Assembly (NCBI GenBank): GCA_024275415.1 | Contig: JAJRZD010000024.1 | Span: 64,427 to 96,426, forward strand | Source of the DNA: an archaeon | GTDB taxonomy: Archaea > Asgardarchaeota > Thorarchaeia > Thorarchaeales > Thorarchaeaceae | Reading direction: 5' to 3' | Length of the DNA stretch: 32,000 nt | Shown here: positions 1 to 8,222 of the stretch, one piece after another | How positions within the stretch are numbered: the first letter of the stretch is position 1 | Layout: each line of letters starts with the position of its first letter | Notes under the pieces: generated by a model | What the model was told of the DNA's origin: nothing | The model's input: the letters and a program-made list of their open reading frames with translations, nothing else | Database searches by the model: none | Translations under genes and position numbers: made by a program

Positions 1-686
1 CCACAAGCCTGACACTCGAATGATACCTCATCGGTCGAGGGGTCATAATTTGTCACCCTGTTTGGAACTATCGAGCCCTTTACCCCTGATTGTAATCGGC
101 CACATTCTGGACAGACCACTGAAACGGGTGACCATGACTTCATCATCTCGATGTACTCTTGCCTTTGTTCATCATTGAAGTCCTTGGCGACGAACTCTAT
201 CATTATTTCCTTGATGATTTCCGTCTTTTGAAGGCAGATTCGAACTGCATCCCGCATCTTGTCTGTTTCGTAAAGCTTGCTGTTGTATACAATCTCTGGG
301 TCTACTCCAAAGTCCTCGAACGTTGTAGCAAGTTCGTTCGCCCAGTGTGCACCATAGCTCTCGCAACATCCGAACGGATCGGGAACATCAGAATAGGGGA
401 TTCCTGCCCATTCCTCAATATCCAGTGAAATTGATTTCGGAAAAGATCTGACTGGGTCGTAATCGTCGATTATCAGCATGGAGTGCGCCTTTTTTCCGCG
501 CTTCAGAAGCTCCCGTTTGATAACATCGCAGATGATTAGTTCTCGCATTATGCCTATGTGAATACTTGCACTTGGACTCTTCCCAGCGTTAAGCAAATAG
601 TTCTCTTCGTTCCTATTCAGCACTTCTTGAACGATATCCTCAATCCAGTGGATTGAAAATTCGTCAGTTGGAGCTTCTTCTGTCAT
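1..686 (-). CDS. lysS: Class I lysyl-tRNA synthetase, N-terminal part (runs off the window start; missing from the ORF track)
   Basis: Manual translation from ATG at 686: MTEEAPTDEFSIHWIEDIVQEVL...AGKSPSASIHIGIMRE...DDYDPVRSFP...PYSDVPDPFGCCESYGAHW...VVCPECGR...FECQAC. Shows the HW start motif, HIGH-like motif, DDxD, PDP and Zn-binding CxxC pairs of class I LysRS. No stop down to position 3. Confidence 0.95.
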   Translation of the reverse strand, partial: MTEEAPTDEFSIHWIEDIVQEVLNRNEENYLLNAGKSPSASIHIGIMRELIICDVIKRELLKRGKKAHSMLIIDDYDPVRSFPKSISLDIEEWAGIPYSDVPDPFGCCESYGAHWANELATTFEDFGVDPEIVYNSKLYETDKMRDAVRICLQKTEIIKEIMIEFVAKDFNDEQRQEYIEMMKSWSPVSVVCPECGRLQSGVKGSIVPNRVTNYDPSTDEVSFECQAC

Positions 687-737
687 CTGTCATTCCTCAG
701 TGCGGCCACCTAAAGATAGTCTAATGAATATTTCCAA

Positions 738-2588
738 CTAAACGGAGAACTCAGATACTCTCAGGTCAGTCCTACTCTGGAACAACAGGTATACAGGTAT
801 CGCTGCCAATGTGACAACAATCAAGATGACAGTTATGAGCGCAATGAACGTCAACGGTAAATATGCAGCCGAAGGAAGGGTGGCTTCAGGCACTAAGAGG
901 TAGATACTGAAAATCATTGCTGTAAGGATTGCAGGAGCACCTGCTTTCAGACCCATATCAATCCCTTCGGCAATCATGGTTTTTGCGATGAAAGAGGGGT
1001 TTGCTCCTATCGAACGCATAATGATGAAATCACGAAACCGACTGAAAATAGATATCAGAAGATAATACATGAGACTGAGAAAAGCGCTGAGCAGTGCCAT
1101 GATCGTGATAGGTTGCATTACCCCCCAATAGGCAGCTACTATCTGCAAGTTGTTCTCGACTGTTTCTTGGTGACGGTAGATGGAGAAACCATATTCATTA
1201 GCAACTGTTTCAAGATTGGAGATAATCGAGTCAGAATACCTTGAGAGTTGCACCAGTAGGAGATTGCCTCCTGATACGCCCCAGACAGACGCCATTCGGT
1301 TCAGAGAAATCATCGCCACCATTCCGCCATTGGCGATATCGAAGGCGATGCCACTCACATCAAATGAAACACCTTTGATACCCAGTGACTGAACCAGAGG
1401 GTCTTCAAATTTCGTCGTGGCCAGTTGACCACCAATCCAAGCGTCCTGTTCATCCTCGATGTAATCGCCTTCATAATACCAATCAGAGAAAGTGTTTTCC
1501 CAATCGATTCCAACGACCATGACAGAGCCGGTTCGTCCACCCCCGATGAGTTCGTACTGCTCAAGAGTTGGATTCCAAATGACTGCAGACCCCTCTGAGA
1601 AAGTGGTATAATCTACGAGCCGTGTTTCCACTTGTGCGACTCCGGACAGATTTTGAACCTTGTCAACCAGTTCATTAGAAATGATGGCACCCGAGTCTAG
1701 GAAACTGAACGATTCATTCAGAAGATGTCCATCCAACGAGTAGGCGCTGTAATACTGTTCTAGAAGATCGGGATTTCCGATGGCCACGATATTTTCGCCC
1801 ATGGAACGCATGATGTACTCGTCCATCGTTGCCTCGACAACACCACCACCTACCCAAAGTGATGACGCCAATGTGAAGCTTAGATAAAGTATGAGGAGCA
1901 TCCGCTTGGTGCCCTTGGCCCTACGACCAGCTCCTTTTGTCGCAATTCTAAATGAAAGGCCAAATGTGTCAAGGTAACCGGCCCTTCGGACTTTGATGCC
2001 GAGTTCGGGATTGAGCGAGGAGATTGGAGACTCGTTTACTGCATCAAAGATGGGCTTTTGGGCAGCAAAATAACCTGCGAGCAAGAGTGTGCCCGCGATG
2101 AAGGCCACTTGTATCCAAGGAAATACAAACGTGAATTCAGCACTGCCTATTGTGGATGCAAGCCACAACAGTCCAACAAAATATAGTAATGTGCCCACGG
2201 CAATACCCAGGATGACCCCACTAAGCAATAGAATAACTGCTTGCGCCATAAAATGGTCAAATATCGTATCTATTAGGGTGCCTATTGATTTCATTAGACC
2301 AATGTCTTTCCTGCGGCTCTCCAACTCAAGTGAGATGCTTCCGGCAATGACTGCCACACCCAGAAGGATGACAACTAAGACCACTCCAGTGATGAAGGTG
2401 TCATAGAAGACAGACAAGGTCCTTGCGATGCCGTTTGATGTCAACGTGTTAGCCACATCCAGCATCGCGCTCGAGAAGAGGAATAGGAAGGTCGTACTCG
2501 CTACAACAGTGATCAAGGAGAGTAGAACCAGTGTGGTTCTATAAGGACGCCGTTTCAAATCTTGTGCGGCATAGTCTTGCTCAGCCAA
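738..2588 (-). CDS. ABC transporter permease, FtsX/MacB/LolE-like, two TM blocks with an extracellular domain
   Basis: Starts DLKRRPYRTTLVLLSL. Two FtsX-like C-terminal motifs (RRKDIGLMKSIG; RFRDFIIMRSIGA). The probable start is TTG at 2588, overlapping the ATPase stop; the ORF track start at 2606 is also possible. Confidence 0.85.
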   Translation of the reverse strand: MAEQDYAAQDLKRRPYRTTLVLLSLITVVASTTFLFLFSSAMLDVANTLTSNGIARTLSVFYDTFITGVVLVVILLGVAVIAGSISLELESRRKDIGLMKSIGTLIDTIFDHFMAQAVILLLSGVILGIAVGTLLYFVGLLWLASTIGSAEFTFVFPWIQVAFIAGTLLLAGYFAAQKPIFDAVNESPISSLNPELGIKVRRAGYLDTFGLSFRIATKGAGRRAKGTKRMLLILYLSFTLASSLWVGGGVVEATMDEYIMRSMGENIVAIGNPDLLEQYYSAYSLDGHLLNESFSFLDSGAIISNELVDKVQNLSGVAQVETRLVDYTTFSEGSAVIWNPTLEQYELIGGGRTGSVMVVGIDWENTFSDWYYEGDYIEDEQDAWIGGQLATTKFEDPLVQSLGIKGVSFDVSGIAFDIANGGMVAMISLNRMASVWGVSGGNLLLVQLSRYSDSIISNLETVANEYGFSIYRHQETVENNLQIVAAYWGVMQPITIMALLSAFLSLMYYLLISIFSRFRDFIIMRSIGANPSFIAKTMIAEGIDMGLKAGAPAILTAMIFSIYLLVPEATLPSAAYLPLTFIALITVILIVVTLAAIPVYLLFQSRTDLRVSEFSV

Positions 2589-3345
2589 TCTCGAACAACT
2601 CCCCATTCTTCATGACCAAAGAGCGAATGCCATTCAGGTTCATAATCTCTGAATCATGTGTCATGACGATGATTGTTTTCCCTGATGTATGCAACTCAGT
2701 CAGAATATTGCGAATCATCTGTCCCGATTCGACATCCAGATTTGCAGTGGGTTCATCAGCCAGAATGATTGGAGGGTCGTTGGACAATGCTCGTGCAATT
2801 GCCACACGCTGCTGTTCGCCGGAACTGAGCTGCCAAGGAAGATGATCCACTCGCTCTTCCATATCGACCTTTCTAAGAAGCCGGATTGCTTCTTTTTCCA
2901 ACTCTGGGATCCCCTTATCGGTAAGTTGCATCGGGAACATCACATTCTCAAGAGTGGTCAGGGTCGAAATCAGATTATAGCTCTGAAAGATGAATCCAGT
3001 GTTGTTCAACCTGAAGGATGCTCGGAAAGATTCATCGTAGTCACCAATCGGCACATCCATCACAACGACACGTCCATTCGTGGGGTAATCTATGCCTCCA
3101 ATCAGATTGAGGAGCGTTGTCTTTCCAGACCCTGAGTGTCCTCGGATAACAACGAATTCACCAGGTCGGATTTCAAGATTGATGCCTTGAAGTGCCAATA
3201 TCTTCCTTGTGCCCAGATCATACTCTCGGGTAACATCTTGGAGTCTGACTGCGAATTGTACATCATCTCGCAATTCAGCGTCGGCAGTATCGTCATCAAA
3301 ATCATATACGCCTTCGTCAGGGCCAAGTAATGAATCGTCATCCAA
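2581..3345 (-). CDS. ABC transporter ATP-binding protein (LolD/MacB-like) with acidic N-terminal extension
   Basis: Walker A GHSGSGKT, signature LSSGEQQRVAIARAL, Walker B ILADEPTANLD, H-loop VMTHD. TTG start. Confidence 0.93.
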   Translation of the reverse strand: MDDDSLLGPDEGVYDFDDDTADAELRDDVQFAVRLQDVTREYDLGTRKILALQGINLEIRPGEFVVIRGHSGSGKTTLLNLIGGIDYPTNGRVVVMDVPIGDYDESFRASFRLNNTGFIFQSYNLISTLTTLENVMFPMQLTDKGIPELEKEAIRLLRKVDMEERVDHLPWQLSSGEQQRVAIARALSNDPPIILADEPTANLDVESGQMIRNILTELHTSGKTIIVMTHDSEIMNLNGIRSLVMKNGELFEIG

Positions 3346-3453
3346 ATCTATTCACTCTTCTGATACAATGTCTTGCTGCGTGCCAACAATACGGGTCACT
3401 TTCAGGTCATTGCTCATTACGAATGTAATCAGGATGAAGATAGAAGTTTCTAT

Positions 3454-4194
3454 CTATACCAGCGATAATCCTGCAATGGTGTTGTGTGCCCATTCGGTAA
3501 GGACAAGAGGACGTTCTCGACCAAACACACGTACTGTTGTTAGAATCCCAGCATCGATCAGGTTCCCTGTGTAATATGAAATCAGGCTTTTGTCGACAGA
3601 TATCGTTCGGCTTAGTTCAGCTTGGGTAACTCTACCTTTAGTGAACACCTCAGCAAGAATAGCCTTGATGGTTGGATTCCTAGAGAGAGCACTCAGTTTC
3701 AAATCCCGATCATCTGACGAATACCCTGATACAAAGAAGTGTTTCGAGTTGCCCACCTTGACGGACACAATCTCACTACCTTCAAGATTCTTGAGGTGAT
3801 ATTGGAGAGCACCCATCGCACAACCAACAGACCTCTGGAGTTCGCGTAGATGAATGCCAGGGTTCAGAAGAATCTCGTTGATAATTATATCCTTGAGTTT
3901 GAGTGGCTTATCCCCAGATCTTCGGTCGATGACCACGTTTGCAAGGAACAGCGTTAGAATACTAGTAGTTGTGAACGGATCTAGTATTGTTTCAGGAAGG
4001 ATAATGGAGGTGCCGCTGCTCAGGGGTGCACTTAGGATATGCAAATCCATTATCGCCACAGTGCTATGGCTTTGAGGTGACTCGTCTGGAATCGCAAAAT
4101 CAACGAACTGATTCATGGAGTTAAAGTAGAAGCTAAGAAGGCCATAAGTGAACAATGCAATGACGATGACCACATACAGTTTCTTTGCTCTCAT
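3454..4194 (-). CDS. Membrane-anchored winged-helix transcriptional regulator (two HTH units, COG3398-like)
   Basis: N-terminal hydrophobic segment(s), then NPGIHLRELQRSVGCAMGALQYHLKNLE and a second HTH VTQAELSRTISVDKSLISYYTGNL. Confidence 0.75.
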   Translation of the reverse strand: MRAKKLYVVIVIALFTYGLLSFYFNSMNQFVDFAIPDESPQSHSTVAIMDLHILSAPLSSGTSIILPETILDPFTTTSILTLFLANVVIDRRSGDKPLKLKDIIINEILLNPGIHLRELQRSVGCAMGALQYHLKNLEGSEIVSVKVGNSKHFFVSGYSSDDRDLKLSALSRNPTIKAILAEVFTKGRVTQAELSRTISVDKSLISYYTGNLIDAGILTTVRVFGRERPLVLTEWAHNTIAGLSLV

Positions 4195-4227
4195 GGATTC
4201 TTCACTCCAAATCTAGTTTAGATGCCC

Positions 4228-4236
4228 TGCCTTTAT
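4228..4236 (-). promoter_or_regulatory. Putative archaeal TATA box for the wHTH regulator / ABC genes
   Basis: Minus-strand TATAAAG about 35-40 nt upstream of the ATG at 4194, in a short intergenic gap. Confidence 0.4.
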
Positions 4237-4275
4237 AGACACTTTGAATGTAGCAAAGGCGTACTAGGTGAAAGC

Positions 4276-4824
4276 CTAGCCCTTAGGCGGGTAGCTGAGC
4301 TTGATGTGGAACGAACAGAGGTCTGCTCCTGCTGAAGCACACGAGTCTTCTGTGACAGTGAGTGTCTGGAACTCGATTCGATTGTAGTCTGTGAGATACT
4401 CCAATACAGACTCGATAAATCCCTTCAGGAAATAACAAGAGGGTTCATCGCTCTCATAGCCCTCAGCATAGGGATTGTCCTTGATCTCGATTATCGCTTC
4501 CTCGTCCAGCCATAGCTTGTATAACTTAGCAATTTTGATATCACCAAAGGGAACAATCAATGTTTCGAGTGCCGTCTGGATGAACTCAATGATGCCCTTG
4601 AAGTCACCCGGAGGCTTTTGCTTTCCGATCTTGAAATACTCTCTTTGTGCCTCAAGTCCAGCCAGCCTGCCTGCACTATAATACAAATCACGAACCCTAT
4701 CCGGAAACATAACTGCAATTCTGCTTCCAATCTTATTCCAAGTCTTAGAAAAGAATGCCCGCATTAGCTCGCGCTCTTTTAACTTACCTTGCCACCATGG
4801 AATGACTTCACCTGACTTTGACAC
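4276..4824 (-). CDS. V4R (4-vinyl reductase)-domain protein
   Basis: IEIKDNPYAEG...SCYFLKGFIESVLEYL...EDSCASAGADLCSFHI is the V4R pattern (CxxxxGxxxG/S...ExxCxxxGxxxCxF). GTG start with AAGGTGA SD. Confidence 0.85.
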   Translation of the reverse strand: MSKSGEVIPWWQGKLKERELMRAFFSKTWNKIGSRIAVMFPDRVRDLYYSAGRLAGLEAQREYFKIGKQKPPGDFKGIIEFIQTALETLIVPFGDIKIAKLYKLWLDEEAIIEIKDNPYAEGYESDEPSCYFLKGFIESVLEYLTDYNRIEFQTLTVTEDSCASAGADLCSFHIKLSYPPKG

Positions 4825-4898
4825 GAAATCACCTTCTCATCAGTGCTACTATCAGCAGTACGGAATAAGTGCTTTGTGGGCGCGAATAGATTTCGGCA

Positions 4899-5372
4899 TC
4901 ACACCAAACGTACATTCCATACGCATTCTGCTGAACCAGTGGCACGGCACATCTCTTGAAACACCTTCGCCTGAACGCCTTTGAATTCGAGGATTGTTTC
5001 CATGATGCCACTGAAAATCTCGCAATAACCAAAGCCTCTCATGCCTTCCAGTGAGATGTCCTGACACCAGATGCACGATTTGTCTGAAACACGAACAGAA
5101 CCTCTGGCAGAGTCCATATCAACCTCGTTGGGTTTCTTATCAAAGAGAATCTTGTACACAACATCAATCAGCTTGGCAACATCTTCCCGTGTTGTGATAT
5201 TGTCCTTTGTCTTATCCGCTATTTCCGTATTGAGATATAATTGCGAACCGATTCCCCTGCCAATGTCACGGAGACCCTCGTTCGCATCTTCAATGGTAGA
5301 TGTGCTGCTGAGCACATTATCAACCATATGAGCATATAATGTATAGAGTAAGGGATTCACAATCTTTGCCAT
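4899..5372 (-). CDS. Bet3/TRAPPC3-like (V4R-superfamily) protein, copy A
   Basis: EDANEGLRDIGRGIGSQLY and YCEIFSGIMETILEFKGVQAKV resemble Bet3 EDVNKQLDKMGFNIGVRLI and YSNLLCGVLRGALEMVQMAVEA (recalled from memory). C-terminal CRATGSAECVWNVRL. Confidence 0.75.
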   Translation of the reverse strand: MAKIVNPLLYTLYAHMVDNVLSSTSTIEDANEGLRDIGRGIGSQLYLNTEIADKTKDNITTREDVAKLIDVVYKILFDKKPNEVDMDSARGSVRVSDKSCIWCQDISLEGMRGFGYCEIFSGIMETILEFKGVQAKVFQEMCRATGSAECVWNVRLV

Positions 5373-5400
5373 GATGTACAGTCCTCACGTTGTTGTTTGT

Positions 5401-6381
5401 TTACAGGGTCTTGCCAATCATCTTGACATCTTTTCTGTACCTTGCAATGATCCTGATTACCTCTGCATTTGAGATACCAGCAGACTCGGCAATCTCCTCG
5501 GTTGTTCTTGAGCCATCACACAAGGTCAAAATGTTGAGATCCCCGGCAGGAACCTTTTTGCCGTCACCAGTGAATTTCGGACACTTGATGAACTTGCCTA
5601 TCGTTTTTGCAGGCCCACGTACTGATGTTGCGGGTGACTCAGACACTGGCACATCGACAATGCCTCTTGATGCAGCCCATTTGAGACACTCTATTACTCG
5701 TTCATTGGGCTGAAACATCGAATCGGCGATTTGCGTGATGTCCATCGACCCATCGACAAGCATAAGAACATCGAAACCAAAGTTCCTGTATTTCGTTTTC
5801 ATCTCGCCGTATAAATCAGAGTCAAGAGAGAGAGCTTTTGAGTAGGTAGACCCACGTTTCGGAATCGTGGTTGGGACGATGAGGAAATCGTCAGGCGATC
5901 GTTCTACTTCAGGAGTGGGTTCCGGTTTGACAGGAGCTGGAGGCGGTGAAATTCCTGATGTGGTTTCTACTGCAGTCGTTGATGCAGCCTTTATAGCGAT
6001 GCTCTCAAGTACCTGAAGATTATCTTCAGCTGCGTCCTCAAAGTCTTCTGGTGGAGGAGGCAATTCAATGCCCTCAAGCAGGCGCAAGACATTCTTTGTC
6101 TTTGCAATAGCAAGACCCAACTGAAGCTCTGGAACATACAAGACAGTTAGAATCCAGTTCTCGTCCACAGGGGATAGAACGACCAGACCTTGCTCAGTGT
6201 CAATAGTCATAAGTCGCAAATCGGTTCTGTAGAGGTTAATCGAGTCTTTAACTCGGGGAAATAGCTCATCAGGAAATGCAAAACTGACAAACGGACGACC
6301 GCCCTTTGTCATTAGTGAATAACCTAATACTTGATCATCGAATCTTAATTTTGAGAGGGCTCGTTCCAGCTCGCTTGACAT
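5401..6381 (-). CDS. Roadblock/LC7-like domain + Pro/acidic linker + two winged-helix-like domains, copy A
   Basis: The N-terminal ~105 aa follow the alpha-beta-beta-alpha-beta-beta-beta-alpha pattern (LGYSLMTKGGRPFVS...MTIDTEQGLVVLSPVDENWILTVLY...LGLAIAKTKNV). Then ELPPPP, then DVLMLVDGSMDITQIA and ILTLCDGSRTTEEIA HTH-like repeats. Confidence 0.65.
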   Translation of the reverse strand: MSSELERALSKLRFDDQVLGYSLMTKGGRPFVSFAFPDELFPRVKDSINLYRTDLRLMTIDTEQGLVVLSPVDENWILTVLYVPELQLGLAIAKTKNVLRLLEGIELPPPPEDFEDAAEDNLQVLESIAIKAASTTAVETTSGISPPPAPVKPEPTPEVERSPDDFLIVPTTIPKRGSTYSKALSLDSDLYGEMKTKYRNFGFDVLMLVDGSMDITQIADSMFQPNERVIECLKWAASRGIVDVPVSESPATSVRGPAKTIGKFIKCPKFTGDGKKVPAGDLNILTLCDGSRTTEEIAESAGISNAEVIRIIARYRKDVKMIGKTL

Positions 6382-6572
6382 TTAATCCTACCTCACGGTC
6401 TTGTGCAGCAATTAGGACTTGCGCTGTACATTTCATTCGAGAGCGCTCTGAAAAGCATTGTGGTGGCGTAGCCACCTATTGCTCTCAAAGTAATCTCTAG
6501 TATATACTATGTAGGAAACTGTTAAGAGCTCTTGTAGTACGAACCGACTACTGAAACCGAAGGTAGCAACTC

Positions 6573-7157
6573 ATGAGAAATCTACTTGGTGGTATTATTG
6601 GCGGCATTGTTGGATCCGTCTATATCTGGTACGCGATGCAGGGGCCGAAGCTAGATTGGCCAGCTCCCTATGACACCATAGGATTTCTTTTTGAAGGCTC
6701 GTCCATCCTTGTCTTGTACAGCGAAACGGGCGCTATTGATCTGGGGATATGGTTCAGCGGATGGGCCATAGCCGGAATCGCGATTGCGTTGTTCTCTACA
6801 TCAAAAGCAGATTCGATAAGAACTATGCTCTGGTCAGGGGGTTGTGTATTCATACTACTAATAGTTGGAGTCTTCATTTTAGACCCAGCATACTGGAATA
6901 GTACAGACAGGAACCTTTTCCTTCTAATATGGCTTGTACGAAGTGTCTTAACAGCACCTGTTGCCCTTGTTTCTGCGATTCCACTTATAGTGCTGAGAAA
7001 GAAACTTGTCCATGAGGAAGAAACTGCACCTCCCGAAAAAATCGAAACGAGTTGTGTCTGCGGTGCGATATTCAAGTCAAAGCCTTTGATGTGCGCCGAA
7101 TGCGGCCGACAGATGAAACAGTTATCCACGCTCTCTACTGATGCCTCCACCCAATAG
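6573..7157 (+). CDS. Multi-pass membrane protein with C-terminal Zn-ribbon
   Basis: About four hydrophobic segments, then CVCGAIFKSKPLMCAECGR. Confidence 0.7.
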   Translation: MRNLLGGIIGGIVGSVYIWYAMQGPKLDWPAPYDTIGFLFEGSSILVLYSETGAIDLGIWFSGWAIAGIAIALFSTSKADSIRTMLWSGGCVFILLIVGVFILDPAYWNSTDRNLFLLIWLVRSVLTAPVALVSAIPLIVLRKKLVHEEETAPPEKIETSCVCGAIFKSKPLMCAECGRQMKQLSTLSTDASTQ

Positions 7158-7640
7158 ACCACCAATCACTGCGGTGATAATAGGATAGAGTGAACTGCCG
7201 AGAACCAGCTCCAGCAGTAGTAAGGATTGTGAACCTATCAGTGCCATTGGATCTGTCGTGGCAATGAAGAATATCAATAACCAAGTGAGAAAGGCTGCCA
7301 TCAGGACTGATAATAATGCTGCAATGATTGCCTGAACAATATCGCGGGTAAGTAATCCAGCTACTAACCCTGCACAACCCCAGGCTAAATAGGTCAATAC
7401 CGTTCCACCCTGTGCTCCATATCCAACATACGTGCCGAGATTCACAGTGGTAAGGCTTGTTGGAAATAGGACTGTTGATACAATTGCCAGTTTCAGCTCA
7501 AGATCAGAGTACGATAGAAAATCGTTCACGATGCTTTGAGGGACTAGCTCTGAAGGCACGTACTGTCCGAACAAAAGGATTAGGAATGTGATGATGAAAG
7601 CCGTAAGGAAACCCGCTACTATGCCGACACCTTGTCCCAT
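7122..7640 (-). CDS. Gly-rich multi-pass membrane protein, unknown function
   Basis: About 4-5 hydrophobic helices with GxxxG motifs (AGLVAGLL, IGGLLGGG). Overlaps the convergent gene by 36 nt. Confidence 0.75.
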   Translation of the reverse strand: MGQGVGIVAGFLTAFIITFLILLFGQYVPSELVPQSIVNDFLSYSDLELKLAIVSTVLFPTSLTTVNLGTYVGYGAQGGTVLTYLAWGCAGLVAGLLTRDIVQAIIAALLSVLMAAFLTWLLIFFIATTDPMALIGSQSLLLLELVLGSSLYPIITAVIGGLLGGGISRERG

Positions 7641-7706
7641 TTAGACCATCCTCTAGATGCTATTGGGAAATGGTGCCTTTTATGATTATGGAATATGGAG
7701 AGGTTT

Positions 7707-8213
7707 TCAATCCTTAAGACGTAGAGTCCATGTGCATACACTGTCCCCGAGTGCCTTGCAGGATTCCTGATATGATTCCGCGTTGAACCCTCTTAGCTCC
7801 ATGACAGCATCAAAGACCCCACTGATCAGATTGCAGTATTGTAACCCAGGCATATCGGTTATGACCACGCCCTCACATATCAAACAATTTGCATCTGTGA
7901 ATCTGATGACTCGCTTATCATCACTGATTACCGTTTCAGTAAAGTCCTGTCCAGAGTTCACTTTGTATGCCAGTTGGAGGGTACTGGCGAACTCGGAGAA
8001 TGAAACTGCATGTTGACGAATGCGATCAGCATAGTCCATCAATAGGGTTTCGCCAACCTTGAAACCAATCTCTTTCGTCTTCTTGTTAATCTCATCAACA
8101 TTGCTGCTCTCAGCCATCAACAGATTCATCGTTTCCCGGTATATCGCCTGAAAAAGGGTCTTCGATACCTTGTCAATCTTTAGAGCCCAAGCCAATTTGC
8201 CTTTAACGCCCAT
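7707..8213 (-). CDS. Bet3/TRAPPC3-like (V4R-superfamily) protein, copy B
   Basis: VDEINKKTKEIGFKVGETLLMDY and YCNLISGVFDAVMELRGF are Bet3-like; CLIC, CKALGDSVCTWTLRL. Probable start is ATG at 8213, after a GGTGA SD that overlaps the upstream stop. Confidence 0.8.
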   Translation of the reverse strand: MGVKGKLAWALKIDKVSKTLFQAIYRETMNLLMAESSNVDEINKKTKEIGFKVGETLLMDYADRIRQHAVSFSEFASTLQLAYKVNSGQDFTETVISDDKRVIRFTDANCLICEGVVITDMPGLQYCNLISGVFDAVMELRGFNAESYQESCKALGDSVCTWTLRLKD

Positions 8214-8222
8214 AATGTTCAC

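Noticed and set aside
3352-3354. Selenocysteine at the in-frame TGA upstream of the ABC ATPase
   Set aside because: Not a redox or catalytic context, no SECIS identified, and GAGTGA is adequately explained as an SD.
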